Counted from the first letter of the stretch, positions 1-9,948 are shown. The stretch is DNA of 64,000 nucleotides from Acidimicrobiales bacterium (GCA_050008715.1 JBEKMC010000012.1:5834-69833), one strand, 5' to 3'. Program-made: numbers and translations. The notes: generated by a model not told the origin, from the letters alone.

Positions 1-107
1 ATCTCTGGTGGTCCCAACCTGCGTTCTGTGACGGTTACGACCAAGGACCATCCACGCAGCGCGGGCCGAGGGTCTGCGGGTCAGGTGGCGTCCAGGGGCG
101 CCGTGGG

Positions 108-494
108 TCAGCTGAGTTCGCGAACCCTGAGGGTGTCGACGTGCTGCTGGAAGGCCACAGCTTTGCCACCATCCAGAGTCCACACGTGGACCATCTTCAC
201 GACGGCCGGCTCACCGGAGCTCTTGTGCTTCCACGTGTAATTCCCGAGAGCCACGACTGTGTCACCGTCGGCGACGAACTGCTCGGGCACCACCGCAAAG
301 TCATCGCCGATTTCCCCGAGCCGCATGAACACCCCTTCGAGCACTGCCTGAGGACCGACGTACGTGCCAGCGAGTGGAAAGCCGTCGGCCTCGGTCCACT
401 GGATATCGTCGGCCATGGCGCCGAGGGCGGCAGGTACGTCGCCCGTCGCGAAGCTCGCATAGGCGTTTTCGACGACTTCCTTGTTTGTGGCCAT
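108..494 (-). CDS. SnoaL-like / NTF2-fold protein
   Basis: 128-aa ORF with ATG start. The N-terminus 'NKEVVENAYASFATGDVPAALGAMADDIQWTEADGFP' and the size are typical of the SnoaL_2/ketosteroid-isomerase-like family. Confidence 0.7.
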   Translation of the reverse strand: MATNKEVVENAYASFATGDVPAALGAMADDIQWTEADGFPLAGTYVGPQAVLEGVFMRLGEIGDDFAVVPEQFVADGDTVVALGNYTWKHKSSGEPAVVKMVHVWTLDGGKAVAFQQHVDTLRVRELS

Positions 495-611
495 CTGGTG
501 CCCTCTTTCCTGTCGGCACAGGTGGCCGCCTCATCACCGTAGTGCACCCGCTTGAAATCGACTCTGGCCGGTGGCCCGGCGCTCCTGCTGGCTGTCAAGC
601 CGGAGGCTGGA

Positions 612-1091
612 TCACGCCGTCAAAGGCCCGCCGGCCTCGTAGCTCTCGATGACACGCACCTTTTCAGCCGATGGCGACGTCTCGTCGAAGTGGTAGGCGA
701 GCCATTCGCGGACCAGCCGGCTGGCGGCGACGGGCGCGATCACGCGAGAACCGAGAGTCATGATCTGGCAATTGTTGGAGAGGACAGAGCGCTCGGCCGA
801 ATAGCAGTCGTGAACCACTGCGGCACGCACGCCTCCGACCTTGTTGGCGGCGATGCTCATGCCGATTCCTGTACCGCAGACAAGGATGCCACGGTCGATT
901 TCGCCGGCCGCGACGGCCTCAGCGATACGGATGGCCACGTACGGATACGGGCTCTCGGGTTCGAATTCGTCGCTGTAGTCGCGCAGGGATCCAACTCGGG
1001 GATCGCCGGCGAGATCGGCTACCACGTGATCCTTCAGAGGCTTGCCGATGGCATCAGAACCTATTCCGAGCCGGACAGGCCGAGGGCTCAC
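612..1091 (-). CDS. rpiB: RpiB/LacA/LacB-family sugar-phosphate isomerase
   Basis: ORF 612..1292 trimmed to the GTG at 1091 (GTGA overlap with the dhaL stop). Motifs: 'RLGIGSDAIG', 'GILVCGTGIGMSIAANK', 'NNCQIMTLG'. Confidence 0.85.
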   Translation of the reverse strand: MSPRPVRLGIGSDAIGKPLKDHVVADLAGDPRVGSLRDYSDEFEPESPYPYVAIRIAEAVAAGEIDRGILVCGTGIGMSIAANKVGGVRAAVVHDCYSAERSVLSNNCQIMTLGSRVIAPVAASRLVREWLAYHFDETSPSAEKVRVIESYEAGGPLTA

Positions 1092-1741
1092 GATGCCTCC
1101 GATTTCGGCGTCTGGGCCTCGAAGCCCGGAATCAGGGGAGCCACCGCCTCGAGCACGAGCAGGAGCGACCGCGCTCCGGGATCGACCGTGCCGAGAGAAC
1201 GTTCGCCGAGCACTGCCGACCGGCCGCGTCTCGCGATCATGCTGGCGGTCGCTGCGGTTGCTTCCCGCGCGATCTCTAGTGCCGCGACCCACGCCACAGA
1301 GAGCATCTCACCACCGGACACGTGAGTCTCGAGTGCGTCGAGAAACGGAATCAGCGTGTCGAGCAGAGTCTTGTCACCCCGTTGGCTCTTACCGAGGCGT
1401 TCGAGCCTTGCCTCCCCCTTGCCGAGTGCAGCTGCAACGAGAGCGGGCGTGACGACCTCTGCCGCAAGGGCTCGTCCGACAGTCTGGAGGAACACCCCCC
1501 AGAGGGCACCAGAGGCTCCGCCGGCGGCGTCGGCGAACGCCTCGCCGGCAACCGTCACGCAGCTACCCACGCTTTCCTGGGGTCCGGCTGCCGCAACGCA
1601 GGCAGCCCTGAAGCCACGGACCATTCCCGATCCGTGGTCCCCGTCGCCTGCCGCCGCGTCGAGCCGGCCGAGCTCCTCCTCATGGACCTCGCAGGTCGTC
1701 AGGCACGCACCAAAGGCATTCCGCACCATCTCGACGCTCAT
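1088..1741 (-). CDS. dhaL: Dihydroxyacetone-kinase family, ADP-binding subunit DhaL
   Basis: 217 aa. 'DAAAGDGDHGSGMVRGF' and 'GGASGALWG' are Dak2-domain hallmarks. 4-nt overlaps with both neighbours. Confidence 0.85.
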   Translation of the reverse strand: MSVEMVRNAFGACLTTCEVHEEELGRLDAAAGDGDHGSGMVRGFRAACVAAAGPQESVGSCVTVAGEAFADAAGGASGALWGVFLQTVGRALAAEVVTPALVAAALGKGEARLERLGKSQRGDKTLLDTLIPFLDALETHVSGGEMLSVAWVAALEIAREATAATASMIARRGRSAVLGERSLGTVDPGARSLLLVLEAVAPLIPGFEAQTPKSEAS

Positions 1742-2742
1742 GGAAGAAGGCTCCTGAATCCGGCGCTAGCGGCCGGAGCCGAGTAGAGCTTTTCGAGCTC
1801 GTCATCCAGCCAGAACAGGCTGAGGGAGCAACCGGCCATGTCGAGAGACGTAACCAGCTGGCCCACCTCACAGTGCTCGACGCTCAGGCCGGCGTCGACG
1901 AGGAAGCGGCCCACCGACGCATAGAGGACGAACAGCTCTTCGCTCGACGTCGAGCCCAAGCCGTTCATGAGGGCCACGACCCGGCCGTCGTTACCACTCG
2001 GGGCCTCCGGCAGTAGCTGCTCGACCAACAGCTCGGCCAGGGACTTGGCGTCGAGGCGGGAGACGGTCCGCACGCCGGGTTCGCCGTGCACCCCGAGCCC
2101 CAGCTCCATCTTGTCGGCAGCGACGGTGAACATCGGCTCCTTGCCACCGGGGAGCGTGCAGCCGGCAAAGGCGACCCCGATGGACCGGGTGCGCTCGTTC
2201 GCCCGCAGGCCGAGCTCGGTGACCTCGTCCAACGGAGCGCCGGCGGCAGCGGCGGCGCCGAGAACCTTGAAGACGCAGAAACCACCGGCGATACCTCGAC
2301 GCTCCAGGAAACGCTCCGGAGGGCCTGAGGCGACGTCGTCGGTCACGAGAACGGTGGTGACCGCGATGTCCTCCTCGGTCAGACGGTCGACGCTCATGTC
2401 GAAGTTCATGACGTCCCCGCTGTAGTTGCCGTAGGAGAAGACGATGCCCGCGCCGCCGTCCACCCCCTTTGCACACCGGTAGACCTGCTCGGAAGACGGG
2501 CTCGTGAACACGTCCCCCATGGCGGCACCTGTGGCCAAGCCCGGGCCGACCAAGCCGGCAAAAGCCGGGTAGTGACCAGAACCGCCCCCGATGAGAACCG
2601 AAACCCGACCCCGGAACGGCGAGCCGACGGTCCTGATGCCCGAGGACTCCGGGATGCGTTCTATGAGGGTGGGATAGGCGCACGTGAGCCCGACTATGAC
2701 ATCGTCTTTGAACGATTGCGGGGTATTGAGCACGTGCGTCAT
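1738..2742 (-). CDS. dhaK: Dihydroxyacetone-kinase family, substrate-binding subunit DhaK
   Basis: ORF 1738..3060 trimmed to the ATG at 2742 ('MTHVLNTPQSFKDD'). Dak1 motif 'GGGSGHYPAFAGLVGPG'. Confidence 0.85.
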   Translation of the reverse strand: MTHVLNTPQSFKDDVIVGLTCAYPTLIERIPESSGIRTVGSPFRGRVSVLIGGGSGHYPAFAGLVGPGLATGAAMGDVFTSPSSEQVYRCAKGVDGGAGIVFSYGNYSGDVMNFDMSVDRLTEEDIAVTTVLVTDDVASGPPERFLERRGIAGGFCVFKVLGAAAAAGAPLDEVTELGLRANERTRSIGVAFAGCTLPGGKEPMFTVAADKMELGLGVHGEPGVRTVSRLDAKSLAELLVEQLLPEAPSGNDGRVVALMNGLGSTSSEELFVLYASVGRFLVDAGLSVEHCEVGQLVTSLDMAGCSLSLFWLDDELEKLYSAPAASAGFRSLLP

Positions 2743-2964
2743 CGCTCTCTCCTGATCGGAAGGCCCGCCGACGGCAGGCACCGTGGCGCCGACGCGACAC
2801 CTTCTCCGAAAATTACCAGTCGCCGGGTTTGGGCTCCATTCGAGCGAGCGTGGCTCGTGCCGCCTGACGGAACAGTCCGTATTGCCGGCCTCTCTCCTCG
2901 ATGTGCTAGAAGGCAACGCATGTGCACGTGGGCCGGCGATCAGCAGGTACCTGAGCGACCCTCC

Positions 2965-3717
2965 GTGACCATCGGCGTCGGGCTGAAGATGTACCTCGGT
3001 TACCGGCGAACGATGACATGGTGCGAAAGAGTCGCCGACGTCGCCGCATCTCATAGGCAATTGTTCAAGGCCGGCCTGGAGCTCTTCGTTCTTCCCTCAT
3101 TTCCGGCATTGACAGCTGCGATTGAGATCTTCGCCGGTACAGGAATCCTCGTGGGATCCCAGGATCTTTGCTCGGAAGATTCGGGACCTTTCACCGGTGA
3201 GGTCAGCGGTTCGATGCTGGCCGAGATCGGGTGCCGTTACGCCGAAGTCGGGCACGCCGAGCGCAGGCGCATCTTCCACGAGGACGACACCGTCGTCGCG
3301 CTGAAGACGAAGGCTGCTCTGCGAAACGGGCTCGTACCGATCCTCTGCGTGGGAGAAGAGGAACGCCTCGACAAGGACGGCGCGCTGGCTTTCTGCGCCG
3401 CCCAGCTCGGGTCCGCCTTGAGCGCGTTGAACGGCGACGCTGGAGGGCGGGTGATCGTCGCCTATGAGCCCGTCTGGGCAATCGGGGCCACGGCACCGGC
3501 GCCGCCGTCTCACATCCGGACGGTGTGTGACGGGATACGGAGAGCGCTCGAGACGATGCCCATCTCCAGTTCCTCGATCCTGTACGGAGGCACAGCTGGA
3601 CCGGGGCTCCTGGTCGAGTTGGCGGACTCGGTCGACGGACTGTTCTTGGGCCGTTCCGCCCACGACCCGACGGCTCTCGGCTCGGTGCTGAACGAAGCAG
3701 CCCAGCTCCTAGCCTGA
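2965..3717 (+). CDS. Triosephosphate-isomerase family protein (TIM paralogue)
   Basis: C-terminal ~250 aa of ORF 2572..3717. Motifs: 'GHAERR', 'CVGE', 'VIVAYEPVWAIGA', 'ILYGGT'. Start set at GTG 2965; ATG 2920 is an alternative. Confidence 0.8.
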   Translation: MTIGVGLKMYLGYRRTMTWCERVADVAASHRQLFKAGLELFVLPSFPALTAAIEIFAGTGILVGSQDLCSEDSGPFTGEVSGSMLAEIGCRYAEVGHAERRRIFHEDDTVVALKTKAALRNGLVPILCVGEEERLDKDGALAFCAAQLGSALSALNGDAGGRVIVAYEPVWAIGATAPAPPSHIRTVCDGIRRALETMPISSSSILYGGTAGPGLLVELADSVDGLFLGRSAHDPTALGSVLNEAAQLLA

Positions 3718-3732
3718 GCCGGCACAGCGGTG

Positions 3733-4155
3733 TCAGCTCTCGCGGGATCCTTTGATGATCACGACAGGACATGCAGCGTGCTGCACGCACTCCTGGCTGA
3801 CCGAGCCCAACTTCAGCCCGGCGAAACCACCTCGGCCGCGGGAGCCGAGCACGAGCATGTCGGCTCCCCTGGCAGCCTCGATCAGCGCTGCAGTGACGTC
3901 TCCCTCGGCCACGTACCTGCTGATCGGCACGTCGGGCGTCGGCAAGACCATGTCGACCGTCGCCTCCAGGAAGGCCTTGCACTTCCTCTCCATCTCGCTG
4001 CGGTCGAACGCTCCGGGCATGCCGACGAAGGGCAGCTGCCACGCGAAGACCGCGACGATCTCACCCCCGTGGACCTTCGCCTCCTCGCTGGCCCAGCGAA
4101 GAGCAGTGTTGCCGTGCTCGGACCCGTCAACCCCGACCACGATCCGATGGGTCAT
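3733..4155 (-). CDS. Universal stress protein (UspA family)
   Basis: 140 aa. 'RIVVGVDGSEHG' and 'LVLGSRGRGGFAGLKLGSVSQECVQHAACPVVII'. ATGA overlap with the upstream MFS gene. Confidence 0.85.
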   Translation of the reverse strand: MTHRIVVGVDGSEHGNTALRWASEEAKVHGGEIVAVFAWQLPFVGMPGAFDRSEMERKCKAFLEATVDMVLPTPDVPISRYVAEGDVTAALIEAARGADMLVLGSRGRGGFAGLKLGSVSQECVQHAACPVVIIKGSRES

Positions 4156-5576
4156 GACGCAGCTGGCCTGAACTTCGGGCGGGATGGGGCGGCACGAGCC
4201 GTCTGCTCGAGTTGCTCGAGGCTCATGCCCTTCGGCTCAGGGAGGAGCCACACCGAGAGCCCGAGTCCCAGCAGGCACACGATGCCGGCAACGACTTCGG
4301 CCCCTCGCAAACCTATGGAGGACGCAAGCATGTCAGGGAAGAGGTACGCCCCGGCGAAGGCACCCAACTTTCCTGCGGCCGCCGATATCCCGTGCGCGGT
4401 CGTCCGCACCTCCACTGGGAAGATCTCGGCTGGGTAGACGAAAGTTGTCATGTTCGGTCCGAACTCCGTGAAGAAGTAGCTTGCCCCAAACAAGACGACG
4501 AACGGCGCCACCGTGGTCGTCACCCCGGGCACGAGGCCGATGAGCAGGAACACGAGTGCCATCAGGGCAAAGCCCTGACATTGGATTCGTTTGCGCCCCG
4601 ACCTGTCCAGCAGTCGGATGGCTAATGCGTACCCCGGCAGGGCGAACACGGCGAAGATGAGCAACTGCAGCACCGTGTTGTGCAGGAGCGATCCCGTGGG
4701 GTTGATCACCTTCAACACTTCGGGACTCGAAATGGTATTGCCGTAGTAAGCGAAGTCGAGCATTGCCCATGTGCCAGCCGTACCGATGAGCCAGAACAGC
4801 ATGCGCCGGCTTCTCGCCAGGGTCCTGAAGCCCTCGAGAACACCTTGCTGCTGCCGGGCTTTGGATGGAGGCCGCGGGCCGCGGACCACCGCTTGGCCGG
4901 TGGCGGCGGCGATGGCTGCCCTCGCTTCGACGAGGTCACCGCCCGCTTGAGCAAACCGTGGCGTCTCGTTGATCTGCCGCCGCAGGTAGAAGACGGCCAG
5001 CCCGGGGATCGCCCCCAACCCCAGCAAGATGCGCCAGGTGTCGCCGTCCGGGACATGGGAGGCCAGGAGTATGGCCGCGAGCAACGGTCCGATCGTCAAG
5101 CCGGCCCCCTGCATGGCGAAGACCAGCCCGACCATCTTCCCCCGTGATCGCTTGGCCGAGTACTCGCTCATGATGGTGGCGCTCACGGGATAGTCGCCGC
5201 CGATTCCGATGCCGAGCACGATGCGGGAGACGAGCAAGAAGGTGAAATTCGGCGACAGGGCGGAGGCGATCGCCCCGATCGCGAGGATGAGTACCTCGTA
5301 GCCGTAGATCCTCTTGCGTCCGAGTATGTCGGCGATCCGTCCGAAGATGATGGCGCCGACAGCCGAGGCTGCCAGCGTGGCGGAGTTGAGGAGTGAGACT
5401 TGCGTCGTCGACAGGCTCCACTGCGTCTTGAGGATGTCCACCACGATCCCGATGATGAACAGGTCATAGGCGTCGGTGAAGAAACCCATGCCGGAGATGA
5501 ACATGATCTTGTATTGGAATCTCGTGATGCTGCTGTCATCGAGTGCGACGAAAGTCCCGGATCCACTCACAGCCAT
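4152..5576 (-). CDS. MFS transporter, PHS (Pho84/PHT1-like phosphate:H+ symporter) type
   Basis: 474 aa with a ~12-TM hydrophobic pattern. 'GMGFFTDAYDLFIIG' and 'GRIADILGRKR' resemble inorganic-phosphate MFS symporters. Confidence 0.7.
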   Translation of the reverse strand: MAVSGSGTFVALDDSSITRFQYKIMFISGMGFFTDAYDLFIIGIVVDILKTQWSLSTTQVSLLNSATLAASAVGAIIFGRIADILGRKRIYGYEVLILAIGAIASALSPNFTFLLVSRIVLGIGIGGDYPVSATIMSEYSAKRSRGKMVGLVFAMQGAGLTIGPLLAAILLASHVPDGDTWRILLGLGAIPGLAVFYLRRQINETPRFAQAGGDLVEARAAIAAATGQAVVRGPRPPSKARQQQGVLEGFRTLARSRRMLFWLIGTAGTWAMLDFAYYGNTISSPEVLKVINPTGSLLHNTVLQLLIFAVFALPGYALAIRLLDRSGRKRIQCQGFALMALVFLLIGLVPGVTTTVAPFVVLFGASYFFTEFGPNMTTFVYPAEIFPVEVRTTAHGISAAAGKLGAFAGAYLFPDMLASSIGLRGAEVVAGIVCLLGLGLSVWLLPEPKGMSLEQLEQTARAAPSRPKFRPAAS

Positions 5577-5617
5577 GCAATCAGTCTCAACCCCACGCCG
5601 GCGCCATCATGCGCAGC

Positions 5618-5633
5618 CCGAGTGAACACTCGG
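5618..5633. promoter_or_regulatory. 16-bp palindrome CCGAGTG-AA-CACTCGG between EamA stop and MFS start
   Basis: Perfect 7+2+7 inverted repeat read directly. It is followed by a second GTGAAC copy. There is no U-tract, so it is an operator or RNA-hairpin candidate rather than a canonical terminator. Confidence 0.25.
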
Positions 5634-5656
5634 TGAACTCTTGGGTTGTCTCCGAG

Positions 5657-6592
5657 TCAATCCGAGCGCGCGAGCGCTTCCGCAGGGGGCGTCTCCGCGC
5701 TCTGGCGGTGCCGCGTGGCGACGACGGCGATCGCGACGAGCCCTACGAGACCGCCGGAGACCTGAACTGCCGTGAGCGGCTGCCCGAGGATGACAAGAGC
5801 CGCCACAGCAGCCACGATCGGGTTGCTCGATCCGATCACTGAGGAGATGGACGCGTCGACGTAGCGGTGGGCCCAGTTCATCATGAGATGGGCACTTCCC
5901 GGCACGATCGCCAGCAGGCTGATCCACAACCAGTCGCTCGCCTTCACGCGAGCGAGGCTCTGGCCGGACAACAGCACGATGGGCACCATGACCACTGCCG
6001 CCACGAGCGTGACGCCAACGGTGTACTCGACGGCATCCGACACCGCCCGTGCATGCTTGGAGGCGAGCCAGTAGGCGGACCACGACAACATGGCTCCCAC
6101 CGCCAGCAGGTCACCGACGACCTCGTGGTGACTCGTCACGCCGGGACCGACGACGGCCGCCACGACGCCGCCGAGCGCGAGCGCGATCCAACAGAGGTCC
6201 CACCGGCCGATGCGCTCACCGAACAGCGGACGCGCTGCGACAATCACGAGCACGGGTTGGGCGGCGCCGATGACGGTGGCGTCCACGACGCTCGTGAGCT
6301 TGACCGCACTGAAGAACAGGGACATGTCGCCGGCCAACAGCACACCCCCGAGCCAGGTGGCCCGCAGCATGGGCCAGTTCAGCCGGCGGCCGGACGCGTA
6401 GAGGATCACGACGAGAAGGCAGGCGCCGAGCCACACCCTGTAGAACGTCAACACGAGCCCGGGGGCGAAGGTCAGCGTGGCGAAGACGCCGCCGAAGCCC
6501 CAACCGATGGCTGCGAGCACGGAGGCAGCGAGCCCTGCCGACCGGCTCCTGCGTCCGATGGCGTGAGATGACGCGGTCGTCGAGTCGGGCAT
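5657..6592 (-). CDS. EamA/DMT-family transporter
   Basis: ORF 5657..6796 trimmed to the ATG at 6592. ~10 hydrophobic helices in two EamA-like halves. Confidence 0.7.
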   Translation of the reverse strand: MPDSTTASSHAIGRRSRSAGLAASVLAAIGWGFGGVFATLTFAPGLVLTFYRVWLGACLLVVILYASGRRLNWPMLRATWLGGVLLAGDMSLFFSAVKLTSVVDATVIGAAQPVLVIVAARPLFGERIGRWDLCWIALALGGVVAAVVGPGVTSHHEVVGDLLAVGAMLSWSAYWLASKHARAVSDAVEYTVGVTLVAAVVMVPIVLLSGQSLARVKASDWLWISLLAIVPGSAHLMMNWAHRYVDASISSVIGSSNPIVAAVAALVILGQPLTAVQVSGGLVGLVAIAVVATRHRQSAETPPAEALARSD

Positions 6593-6850
6593 TTCCAAGG
6601 GAGCGTAACGGGACGGCCGCACTCGACGCGGCGGCTCGGACGGCAGTTTCTCGCGCGATCCCCCGATATCCCCTCGGGATGCATGACCTTGTGGTTCGCT
6701 GGAGGCACGGGCAACGAGGGGGTGATTCTTTACCGACCGCGTGATATAAGTACCGGAGCCGTTCCTCCGGAGGATCGCGACCTCCCCGGGCGGCACGGAG
6801 TGAAATTTCCCGTTGCAAACGAGACGGATGGCTGGCTACAATCCGCAAAA

Positions 6851-6882
6851 CCACTTAAATCTACATATATTTAGCTGTATTG
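6851..6882. promoter_or_regulatory. AT-rich island (CCACTTAAATCTACATATATTTAGCTGTATTG), probable promoter for the SDR-ALDH operon
   Basis: Sharp AT-rich patch in a GC-rich background directly abutting the first start codons (TTG 6880 / ATG 6883). The TATATT -10-like hexamer at 6866-6871 would give a leaderless or very short-leader mRNA. Confidence 0.35.
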
Positions 6883-7740
6883 ATGCGTTGGCGCTGCTCG
6901 CCTGGGATGCCAGACGAGCCGGCCGTTTCATTCCGCTCTGACTTGGGGGTCTTCTCAGTGGGAAAGCTTGACGGGCTGGTCGCGATCATCACCGGAGCCG
7001 GCAGCGGCCAGGGGGCGGCAGCCGCTCGTTTGTTCACTTCCGAGGGTGCCGCCGTCGTCGTGGCGGACGTCAACGCGGAGACTGGCGAGGAGGTCACCGC
7101 CGAGCTCACCGCGACCGGTGCGCATGCGGTGTTCTCGCCGTGTGACGTCTCGGACTCGAAGCAGGTACAAGCAACCGTACAGACGGCGGTCACGGAGTTC
7201 GGGCGCCTCGACATTCTCTACAACAACGCCGGCCTGTGGTTCTCCGCCCAAGGCAATTACCGGCCGGGCATCACCGACGCACCCTCGCCTCTGCTGGAGG
7301 AGAACATCTGGGATCGCACGCTCGACGTGAACCTGAAGGGCACCTACCTCGGCTGCAAATACGCCATCCCGGAGATGCAGAAAGTCGGCAAGGGCGCCAT
7401 CATCAACGTGTCGAGCATCGCAGCGCTTCGTGTCGGCTCGGGCGCGTCCGACGCCTACACGGCGGCCAAGGGGGGCGTCGTGGCGATAACGCGCACGCTC
7501 GCCGTGGAGCACGCCAAATACCAGATTCGCTGCAATTGCATCTTTCCCGGTGCGATCAAGACGCCACTGGCAGGGCCGTTCACACCCGAGTACGAGCGCG
7601 CCGTCGAGTCCCACGTGCCCCTCGGCCGATGGGGCCAGCCGGAGGACATCGCCAAGATGGCCCTCTTCCTCGCCTCGGACGATTCGAGTTGGATCACCGG
7701 AGCCTTCTTCGTCGTGGACGGGGGGTACACCGCCGTATGA
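6883..7740 (+). CDS. SDR-family oxidoreductase
   Basis: 'TGAGSGQG' (TGxxxGxG), 'NNAG', 'YTAAKGG' (YxxxK). Start uncertain (ATG 6883, ATG 6907 or GTG 6958). Confidence 0.85.
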   Translation: MRWRCSPGMPDEPAVSFRSDLGVFSVGKLDGLVAIITGAGSGQGAAAARLFTSEGAAVVVADVNAETGEEVTAELTATGAHAVFSPCDVSDSKQVQATVQTAVTEFGRLDILYNNAGLWFSAQGNYRPGITDAPSPLLEENIWDRTLDVNLKGTYLGCKYAIPEMQKVGKGAIINVSSIAALRVGSGASDAYTAAKGGVVAITRTLAVEHAKYQIRCNCIFPGAIKTPLAGPFTPEYERAVESHVPLGRWGQPEDIAKMALFLASDDSSWITGAFFVVDGGYTAV

Positions 7741-9215
7741 GCGGCGTCACGGCGGCCCCGCCGCGCCCCATCGTGCACGGCCGGCTGTGGATCGGTGGCG
7801 ACGAAGTCGCCGCCGGCAGCGGCGACACGTACCCCATCTATAACCCGGCAACAGGCGCCCTCGTCGCCGAAGTCGCGGACGCCGCCGGCTCGGACGTGTC
7901 CGCTGCGGTCGCCAGCGCCAAGCAGGCGTTCGTGGACGGCCGCTGGCGCCGCCTGCCGGCACCGCGTCGCGGCGAGATACTGCTCGAGGTGGCGGCCGCC
8001 ATCGAGGCGGGCCTCGACGACCTCGCCCTCACAGAGTCGCTCTGCTCGGGCAAACCCATCAGCGACTGCCGAGCCGAAGTGGGTGCGGCCGCTCGCTATT
8101 TCCGCTTCTACGGTGCTGCGGTCAACCACATGACCGGACAGACCATCCCGGTCAACGCGACGGGCCTCGACTTCACCCTTCGCGAGCCCATCGGCGTCTG
8201 CGCCCTCATCGTTCCGTGGAACGGGCCAATCGCTATCGCTGCCAAGAAGACGGCGCCGGCGCTCGCCGCCGGCAACTCGGTCGTGCTCAAGCCGGCACCC
8301 CCAACACCGCTCACAGCCCTGGCGCTCGCCCGCATCTGCGCCGAAGCCGGCGTGCCCGAAGGCGTCGTCAACGTGGTCACCGGTTCGACCCGGCAGCTCG
8401 GGCAGGAGCTCGTATCGCACGAGGACGTCGCCAAGATCAGTTTCACGGGAAGCACCGCCACGGGACGGGACATCCTCTCGAGAGCGGCATCCGGAATCAA
8501 GCGCGTCAGCCTCGAGCTCGGGGGCAAGTCGCCGAACGTCGTCTTCTCCGACGCCCCCGTCGCCGAGGTGGCCAAGTCCGCTGTGGCGGCCGTCTTCGCG
8601 AACTCCGGACAAGACTGCTGCTCCCGCAGCCGGATGATCGTGCAGCGCCCCATTTTCGAGGAGTTCGTCGACCTGCTCGCCAAGGAGGCGGCGGCAGTGC
8701 CGCAGGGGGATCCGCTCGACCCGGCCATCAGGCTCGGGAGCCTGATCTCGTCCGAGCAGCGGGACCGCGTGCTCGGGTATCTCGAGAGGGCGACGACTGA
8801 CGGGGCCGAGCTCGTCTGCGGTGGCGACGTCGTGCGCACGACGGGGCTGGATGCTGGAAACGCCATCTCACCGACGGTCGTCGTCGACGCGAAGCCGGAC
8901 AGCGAGATCGCCACCGAGGAGGTCTTCGGGCCGGTTGCCACGGTGCTGTGCTTCGACGACGAAGCCGAGGCCGTCGCCCTCGCCAACGGCACTCGTTACG
9001 GGCTGAGCGGATCGTTGTGGACACGCGACATCGGGCGGGCGATCCGAGTCGCACGCGAGATCCGATCGGGGTTGTTGAGCGTCAACTCGGACTCCAGCTC
9101 CTACATCCAGGCTCCCTTCGGGGGATATGGGCAGAGCGGTCTCGGCAAGGAGCAGGGCCTGGAGGGGCTCTACGACTTCACCGAGGTCAAGAACGTCTAC
9201 GTGAGCGACCGATAG
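7737..9215 (+). CDS. NAD(P)-dependent aldehyde dehydrogenase
   Basis: ATG 7737 overlaps the SDR stop (ATGA). Motifs: 'LELGGKSP', 'FANSGQDCCSRSR' (catalytic Cys region), 'EEVFGPV'. Confidence 0.9.
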   Translation: MSGVTAAPPRPIVHGRLWIGGDEVAAGSGDTYPIYNPATGALVAEVADAAGSDVSAAVASAKQAFVDGRWRRLPAPRRGEILLEVAAAIEAGLDDLALTESLCSGKPISDCRAEVGAAARYFRFYGAAVNHMTGQTIPVNATGLDFTLREPIGVCALIVPWNGPIAIAAKKTAPALAAGNSVVLKPAPPTPLTALALARICAEAGVPEGVVNVVTGSTRQLGQELVSHEDVAKISFTGSTATGRDILSRAASGIKRVSLELGGKSPNVVFSDAPVAEVAKSAVAAVFANSGQDCCSRSRMIVQRPIFEEFVDLLAKEAAAVPQGDPLDPAIRLGSLISSEQRDRVLGYLERATTDGAELVCGGDVVRTTGLDAGNAISPTVVVDAKPDSEIATEEVFGPVATVLCFDDEAEAVALANGTRYGLSGSLWTRDIGRAIRVAREIRSGLLSVNSDSSSYIQAPFGGYGQSGLGKEQGLEGLYDFTEVKNVYVSDR

Positions 9216-9236
9216 AGACGAGAGGGAAAGCCAACC

Positions 9237-9911
9237 GTGTGCGAGATCCTGGTCGTGACGAGCGCAGATCCGACACCCTTCTCGGCGGTCGTGGACGCGG
9301 CGCGCGCCATGGAGTACTACGGCTCCGCGAACTTCGGCTGGGGTGTCGCCTGGCTCGCGGGTGGCCGAATCGAGCGCTATCGCTCTATCGGCAGGCTCAG
9401 CGATGAGCCGGAGGCGGCCGAACGCCTCGCCGATATCCGCTCGACGCACTTCCTCTTGCACGTCCGCCGGCCGAGCAAGCTTTCGACGATACAGATCGCC
9501 GACACGCAACCGTTCCTCAACGACGACGAGAACATTGCTTTCGCTCACAACGGTCGCTTCGTCGCGGAGGACGAGTTCCGCCCGACCTACGCGGATCGGC
9601 TGTCAGGCGCCGCCGACAGCGAGGTCGGCTTCGTGATGTTCCAGGACCTCGTTGCCGCCGGAGCGCCGATGGTGGAGGCGCTCGAGACGGTGCACTCCAA
9701 GCTCGGGGGGCGCGCCAACCTCGCCACCTTGGACACCAACGGGCAGGTCGCTCTCTACAGCAGCTACGACGGAAATCGGATGTGGACGTTCCGTAACGGC
9801 GACACGACGGTGGCCGCGACGGAGCTCCACTCGGCCGACAACTCGTTGTTCGAGCTCGTCTTTCCGCAGGCGACCGAGCGACGTCAGATCGAGGGGCCGG
9901 GCACGTTATGA
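9237..9911 (+). CDS. Class-II (Ntn) glutamine-amidotransferase-like hydrolase
   Basis: GTG start followed by Cys2 ('CEILVV'). Motifs 'HVRRPS', 'TQPF', 'FAHNG'. RBS GAGAGGGAAAG upstream. Confidence 0.75.
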   Translation: MCEILVVTSADPTPFSAVVDAARAMEYYGSANFGWGVAWLAGGRIERYRSIGRLSDEPEAAERLADIRSTHFLLHVRRPSKLSTIQIADTQPFLNDDENIAFAHNGRFVAEDEFRPTYADRLSGAADSEVGFVMFQDLVAAGAPMVEALETVHSKLGGRANLATLDTNGQVALYSSYDGNRMWTFRNGDTTVAATELHSADNSLFELVFPQATERRQIEGPGTL

Positions 9912-9948
9912 GGCGCGTCGCCGGCATGGCGCGTCGGGCGGTGACGAG

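Noticed and set aside
2572-2964. N-terminal 130 aa of ORF 2572-3717, which would make a 381-aa TIM fusion
   Set aside because: This part overlaps the dhaK 5' end on the other strand and has no TIM homology. The TIM similarity begins at 'VTIGVGLKMYLG' (GTG 2965).
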